Shown here in pieces: positions 1 through 7,629 of a DNA stretch of 64,000 nucleotides (its first letter is position 1; each line of letters begins with the position of its first letter). The DNA is from Chloroflexota bacterium. GTDB lineage: Bacteria > Chloroflexota > UBA11872 > VXOZ01. The translations under genes and the position numbers were made by a program. The notes below the pieces were generated by a model that did not search any database, was not told the DNA's origin, and worked only from the letters and a program-made list of their open reading frames with translations. The stretch is taken from contig OY760183.1 in assembly GCA_963663275.1 (NCBI GenBank), forward strand, positions 1,024,001-1,088,000, written 5' to 3'.

Positions 1-228
1 GCCTCCCTGAGCGTGCGGGCCGCGGTGATGGCGGCCACCCGCGCCAAGGTGGTGTTCGGCTACCGGGTGCGGGAACCGGGCGCGGCGCCCAGCCTGCTGG
101 CCTGCGGCCAAACGACCCATGCGTTCACCACGGACCAGGGCAACGCCACGCGCCTGCCCAGCGCGCACCCGCTCTGGCAAGGCATGAAGAGCGTCTCGTG
201 CCGTCCCGACTTCGTGTCATTCGCCTAG
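1..228 (+). CDS. 3' end of an unidentified CDS (begins upstream of window)
   Basis: Open frame from the window edge to TAG at 226-228 with GC3-rich codons; no recognisable motif. Confidence 0.55.
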   Translation, partial: ASLSVRAAVMAATRAKVVFGYRVREPGAAPSLLACGQTTHAFTTDQGNATRLPSAHPLWQGMKSVSCRPDFVSFA

Positions 229-268
229 CAGAATTGTCTTCAGAATGTAGTAGGAGCCGCAATCACCA

Positions 269-433
269 ATGGTACCTCCCCCGCGGACGCGAAACCGCTC
301 GCTGCTGCGCCTTGCCCTCTACGCATTGGTGGTGGCCACCCTCATCATCGCCTTCCTCTACGCCTACGAGTTGACCGGCGGTCTCATCGAGGACGCGCTG
401 GGAGCGATTGGCGACCTGCTGGGCCAGTTCTAG
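269..433 (+). CDS. Small single-TM membrane protein, 54 aa (not in ORF track)
   Basis: AGGAG at 252-256, ATG 269; MVPPPRTRNRSLLRLALYALVVATLIIAFLYAYELTGGLIEDALGAIGDLLGQF; basic N-terminus followed by a hydrophobic helix. Confidence 0.65.
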   Translation: MVPPPRTRNRSLLRLALYALVVATLIIAFLYAYELTGGLIEDALGAIGDLLGQF

Positions 434-452
434 ACGCCCCGCGTTGCCATTC

Positions 453-1859
453 CTACCCAGGCACCGGCGTTGGCGGCGGCTTGGGGGTCAGGTACTCCTC
501 GATCGCGTCGTGGGCGGTTTGCGCCGCCTCCTCGATTGCCACTTGGCCGCGCGCCACGGGCAGCGTCAGCCGGCTGAAGAGCAGCCAACTGAGTTGCGTG
601 CCGGTGGCCAGGTGGGAGGGCACGCTATCCACCAGCAGTTCCAGCAGCACGTCCCGCGCCACGGGGTCCAGCAGCAGCGACATGTGCTGGCCGGCGGGTT
701 TCGCGATGTAGCCCTGCGCCTCGGTAACGGCCGGCGCCAGGCGGGTTTCGCCGACGTGGCGACCCAGGTGGAGCATGGTTGTGTAGCCCGCGTCGCCGTG
801 CTGGCTGCCCACGGGCATCACCAGCGCCTCTTGCAGGCCCAGCGGCGTGCCGCCGCGCTTCTCTTTCGGTATCACGGCCGGCATGCGGTCCGCGCGGGGG
901 CGGCTATAGAAAGGCGTGAAGATCATGGCCGCTTGCAGGCGCTGGCCGTCGATCGTGCCGCGCAGGGTCTGGGAATCGATGTCCGGGCCGTGGGGCATGG
1001 CCTTGTGGGTGCGGCCGATTTCCTGCCAGAAGCGGATGCCCCGCTGCGCGGCCCGCTCCGTGAGCTTGATCTCGCCGCTATCCAGGTCAACCGCGTCGCT
1101 GCCCTCTTGCAGCACGAACGGCAGCCAACCGGGGATGCTCCACTCGGCGTACCCCCAGAAGTCTATGTCCGCGTCGCCGTCCACGTCCCGCGTCAGCGAC
1201 TTGGCGGTCACGATGAAGTCTTCGTGGTTCCACGTGTGCGTGGGCGGGGCTACCTTGAACTCCTCGAACTTGTCGCCGTTGTACATCACCATGGCCGGCA
1301 GCACGGCCAGCGGCACGCCCATCAGTTGGCGGCGGTAGCGCGTCAGTTGCAGCGCGTTGGACGCGAAGGACTCGAGGAGATCGCTGTCGTCGGTCTGGGC
1401 ATAGCGGTCCAGCGGGGCGAGAATCTGGTGCGTAAAGGCGCGGGGAAAGTCCAGGGCGGAGTGCATCCAGGCGATGTCCAGGGGCGCGCCGCTGGCGTCC
1501 CGCGCCACCACGAACTCCCAAAAGCCGTCGCGCCAGGACTTATCGCTCGGCCGGCGGATTTCAACGGCCTCCAGTAGGGAACGGGGGGTGGGGCCGTCGA
1601 TGCGCTCGTCGTTCCAGGCGCTGATGACGTTGGCGGCCTCGGTGTGGATGCCCGCCAGGCGCGACATGAAGGCAAAGGTGAGAGTGACCGGCTCAGCCGA
1701 TTGGCCGCCGCCGGAGCCGCGCGGGGCGTCCTGGAACGGCGCTTTGCCTTCCAGTTCGGGACGCGCCGGGGCGCGCCCCGGCCCGCCGCCGCAGGCGGCC
1801 AGCGCCAATGAGCCGCCGCACACGGCGGCCAACGTTCCCATGTAATCGCGTCGCGTCAT
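453..1859 (-). CDS. ABC sugar-type extracellular solute-binding lipoprotein (Tat-like signal)
   Basis: TRRDY...LAAC lipobox; LAPLDRY, MVMYNGDKF, WNHEDF..AKSLT motifs typical of the SBP family 1. Confidence 0.85.
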   Translation of the reverse strand: MTRRDYMGTLAAVCGGSLALAACGGGPGRAPARPELEGKAPFQDAPRGSGGGQSAEPVTLTFAFMSRLAGIHTEAANVISAWNDERIDGPTPRSLLEAVEIRRPSDKSWRDGFWEFVVARDASGAPLDIAWMHSALDFPRAFTHQILAPLDRYAQTDDSDLLESFASNALQLTRYRRQLMGVPLAVLPAMVMYNGDKFEEFKVAPPTHTWNHEDFIVTAKSLTRDVDGDADIDFWGYAEWSIPGWLPFVLQEGSDAVDLDSGEIKLTERAAQRGIRFWQEIGRTHKAMPHGPDIDSQTLRGTIDGQRLQAAMIFTPFYSRPRADRMPAVIPKEKRGGTPLGLQEALVMPVGSQHGDAGYTTMLHLGRHVGETRLAPAVTEAQGYIAKPAGQHMSLLLDPVARDVLLELLVDSVPSHLATGTQLSWLLFSRLTLPVARGQVAIEEAAQTAHDAIEEYLTPKPPPTPVPG

Positions 1860-1909
1860 CGTGTCTCTATATTACCAAGCCCGGGCGCGGGGTAGCGTCC
1901 AACATGCCG

Positions 1910-2356
1910 CCGTGCGGCACGACGTGTTGCGCCGTTGCCGCGCCGCGTGGCACGACGTGTCGTGCCCCTACCACACCGTGCGGCACGATGTGTTGCGCCG
2001 TTACCGCGCCGCGTGGCACGATGTGTCGTGCCCCTACCAGACCGTGCGGCACGATGTGTTGCGCCGATACCGCGCCGTGTGGCACGACGTGTCGTGCCCC
2101 TACGACACCGTGCGGCACGATGTGTCGTGCCCCTACGACACCGTGCGGCACGATGTGTTGCGCCGATACCGCGCCGCGTGGCACGACGTGTCGTGCCCCT
2201 ACGACACCGTGCGGCACGACGTGTTGCGCCGTTGCCGCGCCGTGTGGCACGACGTGTCGTGCCTCTACCAATCGTACGCCCCCCGGTAGGGGCACGACAT
2301 GTCGTGCCCCTACCGGGCAAGGCCGTGCTCCCTACCGGATGAGACCGTGCCCTTAC
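1910..2356. repeat. Tandem array of about eleven 33-bp units derived from a GTAG-type REP, ending at an intact palindrome GTAGGGGCACGACATGTCGTGCCCCTAC (2286-2313)
   Basis: Mostly alternating units CCGTGCGGCACGAYGTGTTGCGCCG(T/A)T(A/G)CCGCG and CCGYGTGGCACGAYGTGTCGTGCCCCTAC..A. Confidence 0.9.
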
Positions 2357-3666
2357 CGGGGCGGCGGGCCGAGCCACTCCCGCACGGCGGCGGCGCCTCG
2401 TTCCAGCGCGGCGGCGGGCGCCAGGCTGCCGCGCAGCGCCGGCAGCGCCATCCGTTCCGTCAACGTCAGTCCCAGTTCATTGTACAGCGAGAGCGTCGTG
2501 CCCACGCTGTAGGAGAGGCTGCGCAGCACCACGTCGGCGCGGTCCAGTCCCAGCGCCAGGTCGGCGTGGCGGCGGTCGGGACGGCGGATAAACTCGATCG
2601 CGTTGTTCCGGGGCGGCGCCAGCAGGTTGGATCCCAGTTGCGCGGCCAGCGGCTTGGCCACGGCGTAGGCCGCTTCCGGCCGGCCGCTATGCGCCGCGAC
2701 GCCCACCATGTCGCTGACCAGCAGCGGCACGGCCTGCGCCGGCCCGCGCGGCGGCCCCACGAAGCCCAACGGCCAGGAAGCCGGTTCTTCATTGTGCCAG
2801 TTGATCAGCGTCAGGCGCAGGGAGGCGCGGGAGCCCTGGGCGCGCCGCTGCACGATAGCGTCCAGCGAAGATTGCGCGCCGCCTTCCAGCGCGTGGTACC
2901 GCTGGGCGAGGTCCAGCCAGAACCGCAATCCCACCAGCGCTTCAGGTTGGTCCAGTGTGGTCGCGCCGGCGTCCAGGTCGGCCGCGCGCCCGCCCGCGCC
3001 CACGATGAAGAGCAGCCACGCGGGCACGGCGGTTGTGCCAAATCCCCAGACCGTACCGCCGTTCGCGGTATAGGTGAGCGCCGCGGCTTTGGCGGCGAAT
3101 TCGTCCCAGGTCCAATGCGACTGCGGCGGCGCAACCTCGCGTTCGGCGAGCGCCTCGGCGTCGTAGCGCACCGCCAGCGTCCCAAGCGCCGCGGGCAGCG
3201 CCACCTGCCGCCCCCAGAAGCGGAGGGCGCGCAGCGATTCGGGGTGGTAGCCCTCCAGCGTGTTGTGCGCGTCGTTATCCAGGAACGGGTTGAGCGGGCG
3301 CAGCAGGTCGCCGCGCAGGATTGCGGGCAGGTCGTCGCGCTGGCTGAACCACACCACGTCGGGCGCTTCGCCGGCCGCCGCGCGCTGGCGCACGCCGTCC
3401 ACGAACGAGCGCCCCGGCGTGGAGACGATGGGGATCTCCCTGATCGTGGGCATCCCGCTGCCGGCGCCGGGCGCAAATCCGTAGCGGACCGCGGGCAGCG
3501 TTTTTTCCAACACCGCCGCCACCCGCTCACCGGCGCGCACGGCCACGGTGACGGTAACGTCCTCCGGCACCGGCGTGGGCGCGTCGGCCCCGCGCTGTCC
3601 GCAGGCCAGCAGCAGCGTGCCGCCAATGAGGCCGTTGGCGGCGCGTAACAACTCTTGTCGCGTCAT
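2353..3666 (-). CDS. ABC sugar-type extracellular solute-binding lipoprotein
   Basis: LLLAC lipobox; APDVVW, LRPLNPF, WTWDEF..KAAALT, WGF motifs. Confidence 0.85.
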   Translation of the reverse strand: MTRQELLRAANGLIGGTLLLACGQRGADAPTPVPEDVTVTVAVRAGERVAAVLEKTLPAVRYGFAPGAGSGMPTIREIPIVSTPGRSFVDGVRQRAAAGEAPDVVWFSQRDDLPAILRGDLLRPLNPFLDNDAHNTLEGYHPESLRALRFWGRQVALPAALGTLAVRYDAEALAEREVAPPQSHWTWDEFAAKAAALTYTANGGTVWGFGTTAVPAWLLFIVGAGGRAADLDAGATTLDQPEALVGLRFWLDLAQRYHALEGGAQSSLDAIVQRRAQGSRASLRLTLINWHNEEPASWPLGFVGPPRGPAQAVPLLVSDMVGVAAHSGRPEAAYAVAKPLAAQLGSNLLAPPRNNAIEFIRRPDRRHADLALGLDRADVVLRSLSYSVGTTLSLYNELGLTLTERMALPALRGSLAPAAALERGAAAVREWLGPPPR

Positions 3667-3762
3667 GACCGCCCCCTAACGCTAGAGAATCGTCTAGAGG
3701 CCAGTATACCACACCCTACCAAATGCGCTTGTCAATCGTCTGAATGCGCGCCCCGCGCCTCA

Positions 3763-3935
3763 GAGCCTGTTTACGATCTCTCTGTCTGCACCAGGAACGT
3801 TCGCCCTGAGCCGCGTCGAAGGGTGAACGGAACCACCGCAAGGTTGCATATAGCCGTTCATGCTTCGACAGGCTCAGCACGAACGGTCTTTATCGGCTTT
3901 GCTAACTCCCTCATAAGCAGATAGTAAACAGGTTC
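3763..3935. mobile_element. MITE with 17-bp TIRs (GAGCCTGTTTACGATCT / AGATAGTAAACAGGTTC), 3-bp TCA duplication, carrying a CGTTC-type REP doublet
   Basis: TIRs match 15/17; TCA at 3760-3762 and 3936-3938; a homologous inverted partial copy lies at 48386-48507. Confidence 0.75.
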
Positions 3936-4598
3936 TCAGCCGAGCAGCGCGTACTTCACCAGCGTCCACAGCGCGCGCGGCCCGTCGATCCACATGTTCA
4001 ACTTGCGTTCGCTGCGCGGCGTGTAGGATATGGGCGCTTCCACGATGGTGTAGCCCCGCTTGAGAATCTTGGCCGTGAGCTCGGGTTCGACTTCGAACCC
4101 GGTCGACTCGATCGTGAACTGCGCCACCACCTCCCTGGCCATCATCTTGTAGCACGTCTCCATGTCGTGCAGCGACGCGCGGAACAGTGTGCGGGTCACC
4201 AGGGTAAGGAAGAGATTGCCGAGGCGGCGGATGGATTCCTGGTTTTCCAGGGAGCGCACGCCGTAGACCACTTTGGCCTCGCCCCGCGCGATCGGCGCCA
4301 GCATGGCCGCGAAGTCCGCCGGGTCGTACTCCAGGTCGGCGTCCTGAAAGACCACCACGTCGCCGGTGGCCGCCGTCAGCGCCGTGCGAATTGCCGCGCC
4401 TTTGCCCTCGTTCTCCGGGTGGTAGATGAGGTGGAAACGCTCGTCCCGCAGCGACTCCAGCACCGCCCGCGTGCCGTCCGTGGAGCCGTCGTCGACGACG
4501 ATGATCTCTTTTTCCAGCGGCACGGCTTCCACCCGCTCCAGGACGGCGCGAATGGTATCGCGTTCGTTGTAAACCGGAATCAGGACGGAAAGTTTCAT
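3936..4598 (-). CDS. Glycosyltransferase family 2 (DPM/ArnC-like)
   Basis: KLSVLIPVYNE, VDDGSTDGT, GKGAA, QDADLEYDP, DMETCYK. Confidence 0.92.
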   Translation of the reverse strand: MKLSVLIPVYNERDTIRAVLERVEAVPLEKEIIVVDDGSTDGTRAVLESLRDERFHLIYHPENEGKGAAIRTALTAATGDVVVFQDADLEYDPADFAAMLAPIARGEAKVVYGVRSLENQESIRRLGNLFLTLVTRTLFRASLHDMETCYKMMAREVVAQFTIESTGFEVEPELTAKILKRGYTIVEAPISYTPRSERKLNMWIDGPRALWTLVKYALLG

Positions 4599-4733
4599 GG
4601 CGGCGCTCGCGGCGTTTGGGGAGGTGGGGACGGCAGCCGCGTCGTGCGGGCTTGGACGCGGGGCGCTTCTACTATATCATTGGGTCTGGAAGCGGGTAAA
4701 CCGGCGCAGCCACGCCGTCGCTCTCCGTCTTGT

Positions 4734-5110
4734 CCCCTCTCCCTCAAGGGAGAGGGTTAGGATGAGGGGAGACTGTGCGGCGAGTCGTGCCTAATCCTTG
4801 CGGAACGGGCGCCAAGCCGACAAGGAATCACCCCTCACCCCGGCCCTCTCCCTCAGGGAGAGGGAGTTGCAATACGCGCCGAGCGGTGTTACGTAAGGGA
4901 TTCCAGAGGGTGAGAAGTCCGTCTTGTCCCCCTCTCCCACAGGAGACCTTTGCGTAACCCCTTCCCCACTGGGGGGAAGGTTGGGATGGGGGGCGAAATG
5001 GCTTGACTTCATGCAAGATTTAGTTGTAAAAGCACTCTGGATTCCGGTTTTCACCGGAATGACGGAGTTATGCAAAGGTCTCCACAGGGAGAGGGTTAGG
5101 GTGAGGGTGA
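4734..5110. repeat. Cluster of CCCTCTCCC-N-GGGAGAGGG / CCCTCACCC REP hairpins
   Basis: Hairpins at about 4734-4770, 4828-4865 and 4928-5110; same family at 14640-14800, 18185-18530, 25342-25376, 37442-37478, 44965-45223 and 61638-61672. Confidence 0.85.
4943..5082. mobile_element. IS5-like MITE (TIR GAGACCTTTGCGTAAC / GTTATGCAAAGGTCTC) inserted in a REP loop
   Basis: 5-bp TSD CACAG at 4938-4942 and 5083-5087; removing the element restores CCCTCTCCCACAGGGAGAGGG. Confidence 0.85.
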
Positions 5111-5143
5111 AGCAGCAGAGTACAATCACGGAGAAGGGGTACC

Positions 5144-6856
5144 ATGGCCGCACCGCCGTATAGCGTACACATGGAACGAAACGTTGCCGTCCCCATGCGC
5201 GACGGCGTCAATTTGCGGGCGGACGTCTACCGGCCGCAAGCGGACGGGCCGTTTCCGGTCATTCTCACGCGCACGCCGTACAACAAGGGCACGCTGGACG
5301 GCAGCCCCTCGCCCACCTACGAAGCCCTGGCCGCGGCGGGCTACCTGGTGGTGGCGCAGGACGTGCGCGGGCGTTACGCCTCGGGCGGCGAGTTTACGCC
5401 GCTCTTCGCCTTCGGCTATCCCGACGTCGAGGACGGCTACGATACGGTGGAGTGGTGCGCGCGCCTGCCGGATTCGACCGGCGACGTGGGCATCTTCGGC
5501 AACTCCTACGGCGGCTTCACCTCGTATTGCGCCGCCTTCAGCCAGGCTCCCAGCCTGCGTTGCGTCTTTGCCGAGGGCATGACCCAACGGCTCACCGACT
5601 TCGAACCGCTCTTCCGCCCCGGGCGGCGCTTTGCCTGGTCCATGTGCACCATCGCGCCGGACATTCGCCTGAAGAAGGGCCTGGACGGCACGCACGACAA
5701 GGATACGGCCGATCAACTCTGGGAGCGCGAGCGCCACAAGTGGCTCTGGTTCCTGCCCCGCAAGGACATTCCCGACGAGCAGTTCGGCGGCGCCGCGCAG
5801 GCCGCGCACTACCGCGTGCTGATGACCGAAGCCGGTGTGGATACGTTCCAGTGGCAGGACCGCTACCCGGACGTGCAGGTGCCGGTCTATCACCGCGTGG
5901 GCTGGTACGATCGCTTCGTGCGCGCCATCGACGGCTATACGCTGATGGCGCAACAGGCCGCCACGCCGGCGGCCCGCGCCGGACAGCGCGCCATGATCGG
6001 CCCCTGGGGGCACACCAGCGCGCTGCACGCCTACGAGGGCGAACTGGACTTTGGCCCGGACGGCCAACTGGAGCAAACCGACCTGCTGCTGCGCTGGTTC
6101 GACCACTGGCTGAAAGGCCACGCGACCGGCATCATGGACGAGGGGCCGATCCGGCTCTACATCCTGGGCGCTAACGCCTGGCGCGATGAGCAAGAGTGGC
6201 CGCTGGCGCGTACCCAATACACCGACTACTTCCTGCACAGCGGCGGCGCCGCCCAGACGCCCCACGGCGACGGCAGCCTTTCTCCCACAGAGTCAGGTGA
6301 AGAGACGCCGGATCAGTTCGTCTACGATCCCCGCGACCCGGTGCCTTCCTGCCACCTGATGCACGACCAAGACGGCGTCTTCGACCAGCGCGTGCTTGAT
6401 TCGCGTCGTGACGTGCTCGTCTACCAGACCGAACCCCTGACCGCGCCGCTGGAAGTCACCGGCGAACCGGTCGTGCGCCTCTACGCGGCCTCCAGCGCCG
6501 TGGACACCGACTTCATGGCAAAGCTGGTGGACGTGCACCCGGACGGCTTTGCGCAAAACCTCTGCTATGGGGTCGTGCGCGCGCGCTTCCGCAATGGCTA
6601 CGCCGCGCCGCAACTGCTCACGCCGGGGCAGGTCTACGAATTCACGATCGCCCTCAACCCCATCGCCAACGTCTTCCAACCCGGCCACCGCCTGCGCCTG
6701 GACATCACCAGCAGCGACTTTCCCAACTGGGACCGCAACCTGAACACCGGCGGCGACGGCTACGCGGACGCAACCATGGTCACCGCCCGCCAGACCGTGC
6801 TCCACGACGGCGCGCATCCCTCGCGCATCACGCTGCCGGTGATACCAAGGGAATGA
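5144..6856 (+). CDS. CocE/NonD family serine hydrolase
   Basis: MRDGVNLRADVYRP, RTPY, QDVRGRYASGG, GNSYGG nucleophile elbow, GWYD, IGPWGH, C-terminal PepX_C-like domain. Confidence 0.93.
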   Translation: MAAPPYSVHMERNVAVPMRDGVNLRADVYRPQADGPFPVILTRTPYNKGTLDGSPSPTYEALAAAGYLVVAQDVRGRYASGGEFTPLFAFGYPDVEDGYDTVEWCARLPDSTGDVGIFGNSYGGFTSYCAAFSQAPSLRCVFAEGMTQRLTDFEPLFRPGRRFAWSMCTIAPDIRLKKGLDGTHDKDTADQLWERERHKWLWFLPRKDIPDEQFGGAAQAAHYRVLMTEAGVDTFQWQDRYPDVQVPVYHRVGWYDRFVRAIDGYTLMAQQAATPAARAGQRAMIGPWGHTSALHAYEGELDFGPDGQLEQTDLLLRWFDHWLKGHATGIMDEGPIRLYILGANAWRDEQEWPLARTQYTDYFLHSGGAAQTPHGDGSLSPTESGEETPDQFVYDPRDPVPSCHLMHDQDGVFDQRVLDSRRDVLVYQTEPLTAPLEVTGEPVVRLYAASSAVDTDFMAKLVDVHPDGFAQNLCYGVVRARFRNGYAAPQLLTPGQVYEFTIALNPIANVFQPGHRLRLDITSSDFPNWDRNLNTGGDGYADATMVTARQTVLHDGAHPSRITLPVIPRE

Positions 6857-6882
6857 ACTAAGCGGTTGAGAGTCTCAGCGGC

Positions 6883-7051
6883 CGCAGGTTACAAACCTGC
6901 GCTACCGGACGGCAAGTTCGCAACCTGCGCGGTTGGGTAGGGTACGTTCGCAACTTGCGCCATCAGGTAGCGTAGGTTTATAACCTGCGCGGACGGGTAG
7001 CGTAGGTTTGCAACCTGCGCCGGCTCGGTAGCGTAGGTTTGTAACCTGCGC
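6883..7051. repeat. Tandem array of about 30-bp GTAGCGYAGGTT-N3-AACCTGCGC REP units
   Basis: One inverted and five direct copies between convergent genes. Confidence 0.85.
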
Positions 7052-7085
7052 CGGCCAGGCGGGGTGCTCACACAATGCCGGGCAA

Positions 7086-7343
7086 TCACCCATCTTCCGC
7101 CGTCTCGGCGGCTACGCCCTCTTCGAAAGCAGCGCGTTCTTCTCGCCACGTGAGGCTCTGCCGCGTACCTGCCGCCGCGCCAGAGTAGCGCGCGACCTGT
7201 GAAGGAACCGGAAGCAACCGCACGCCGTCCGGCGTCGACTCGAACCGCACCACGTCTCCCGGCTCTATGCCGAGTTGCTCTCGTATTTCAGCGGGGACGG
7301 TCACCTGTCCCTTGCGCGTCACCCGCGATTCGTACACTGGCAT
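7086..7343 (-). CDS. AbrB/MazE/SpoVT family DNA-binding protein (antitoxin-like), 85 aa
   Basis: MPVYESRVTRKGQVTVPAEIREQLGIEPGDVVRF; GGAG upstream of ATG 7343. Confidence 0.88.
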   Translation of the reverse strand: MPVYESRVTRKGQVTVPAEIREQLGIEPGDVVRFESTPDGVRLLPVPSQVARYSGAAAGTRQSLTWREERAAFEEGVAAETAEDG

Positions 7344-7629
7344 CGTAGTTCTCCAAAGCGACGCCTTCCATGCGCTATCAGTACTACTATCTCGAAGAGC
7401 GTCGCGGCTCGTCAATAGAGGATTCAGGTGGGAAACCGCGACCGGGAGGCATTGCCGCGCACTGTAGTCTGATCCGTCAGGCAATGCGCCCACCTGTCTA
7501 CCCGCGTCTATTCGCGCACGGCCCGTTTCCTGCCGAATCCCGCCGCATTCGCTACAATAGACGGTACTACTTTCGAGACGCGCCGCAAGACGACGAATCC
7601 CAAAACCATCTGCGAGGCAAGAATTCACC

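Noticed and set aside
1910-2270. CRISPR array candidate
   Set aside because: No unique spacers; units are variants of a REP; no cas genes in the window.
1808-2512. Repetitive ORFs in several frames
   Set aside because: By-product of 33-bp stop-poor repeats; no RBS or domain.
6883-7051. Mini CRISPR-like array
   Set aside because: Linkers are only about 6-7 bp and the repeat is a dispersed REP.
7344-7629. T-box leader for alaS
   Set aside because: No T-box consensus or terminator; the hairpin at about 7424-7500 looks like a degenerate REP.
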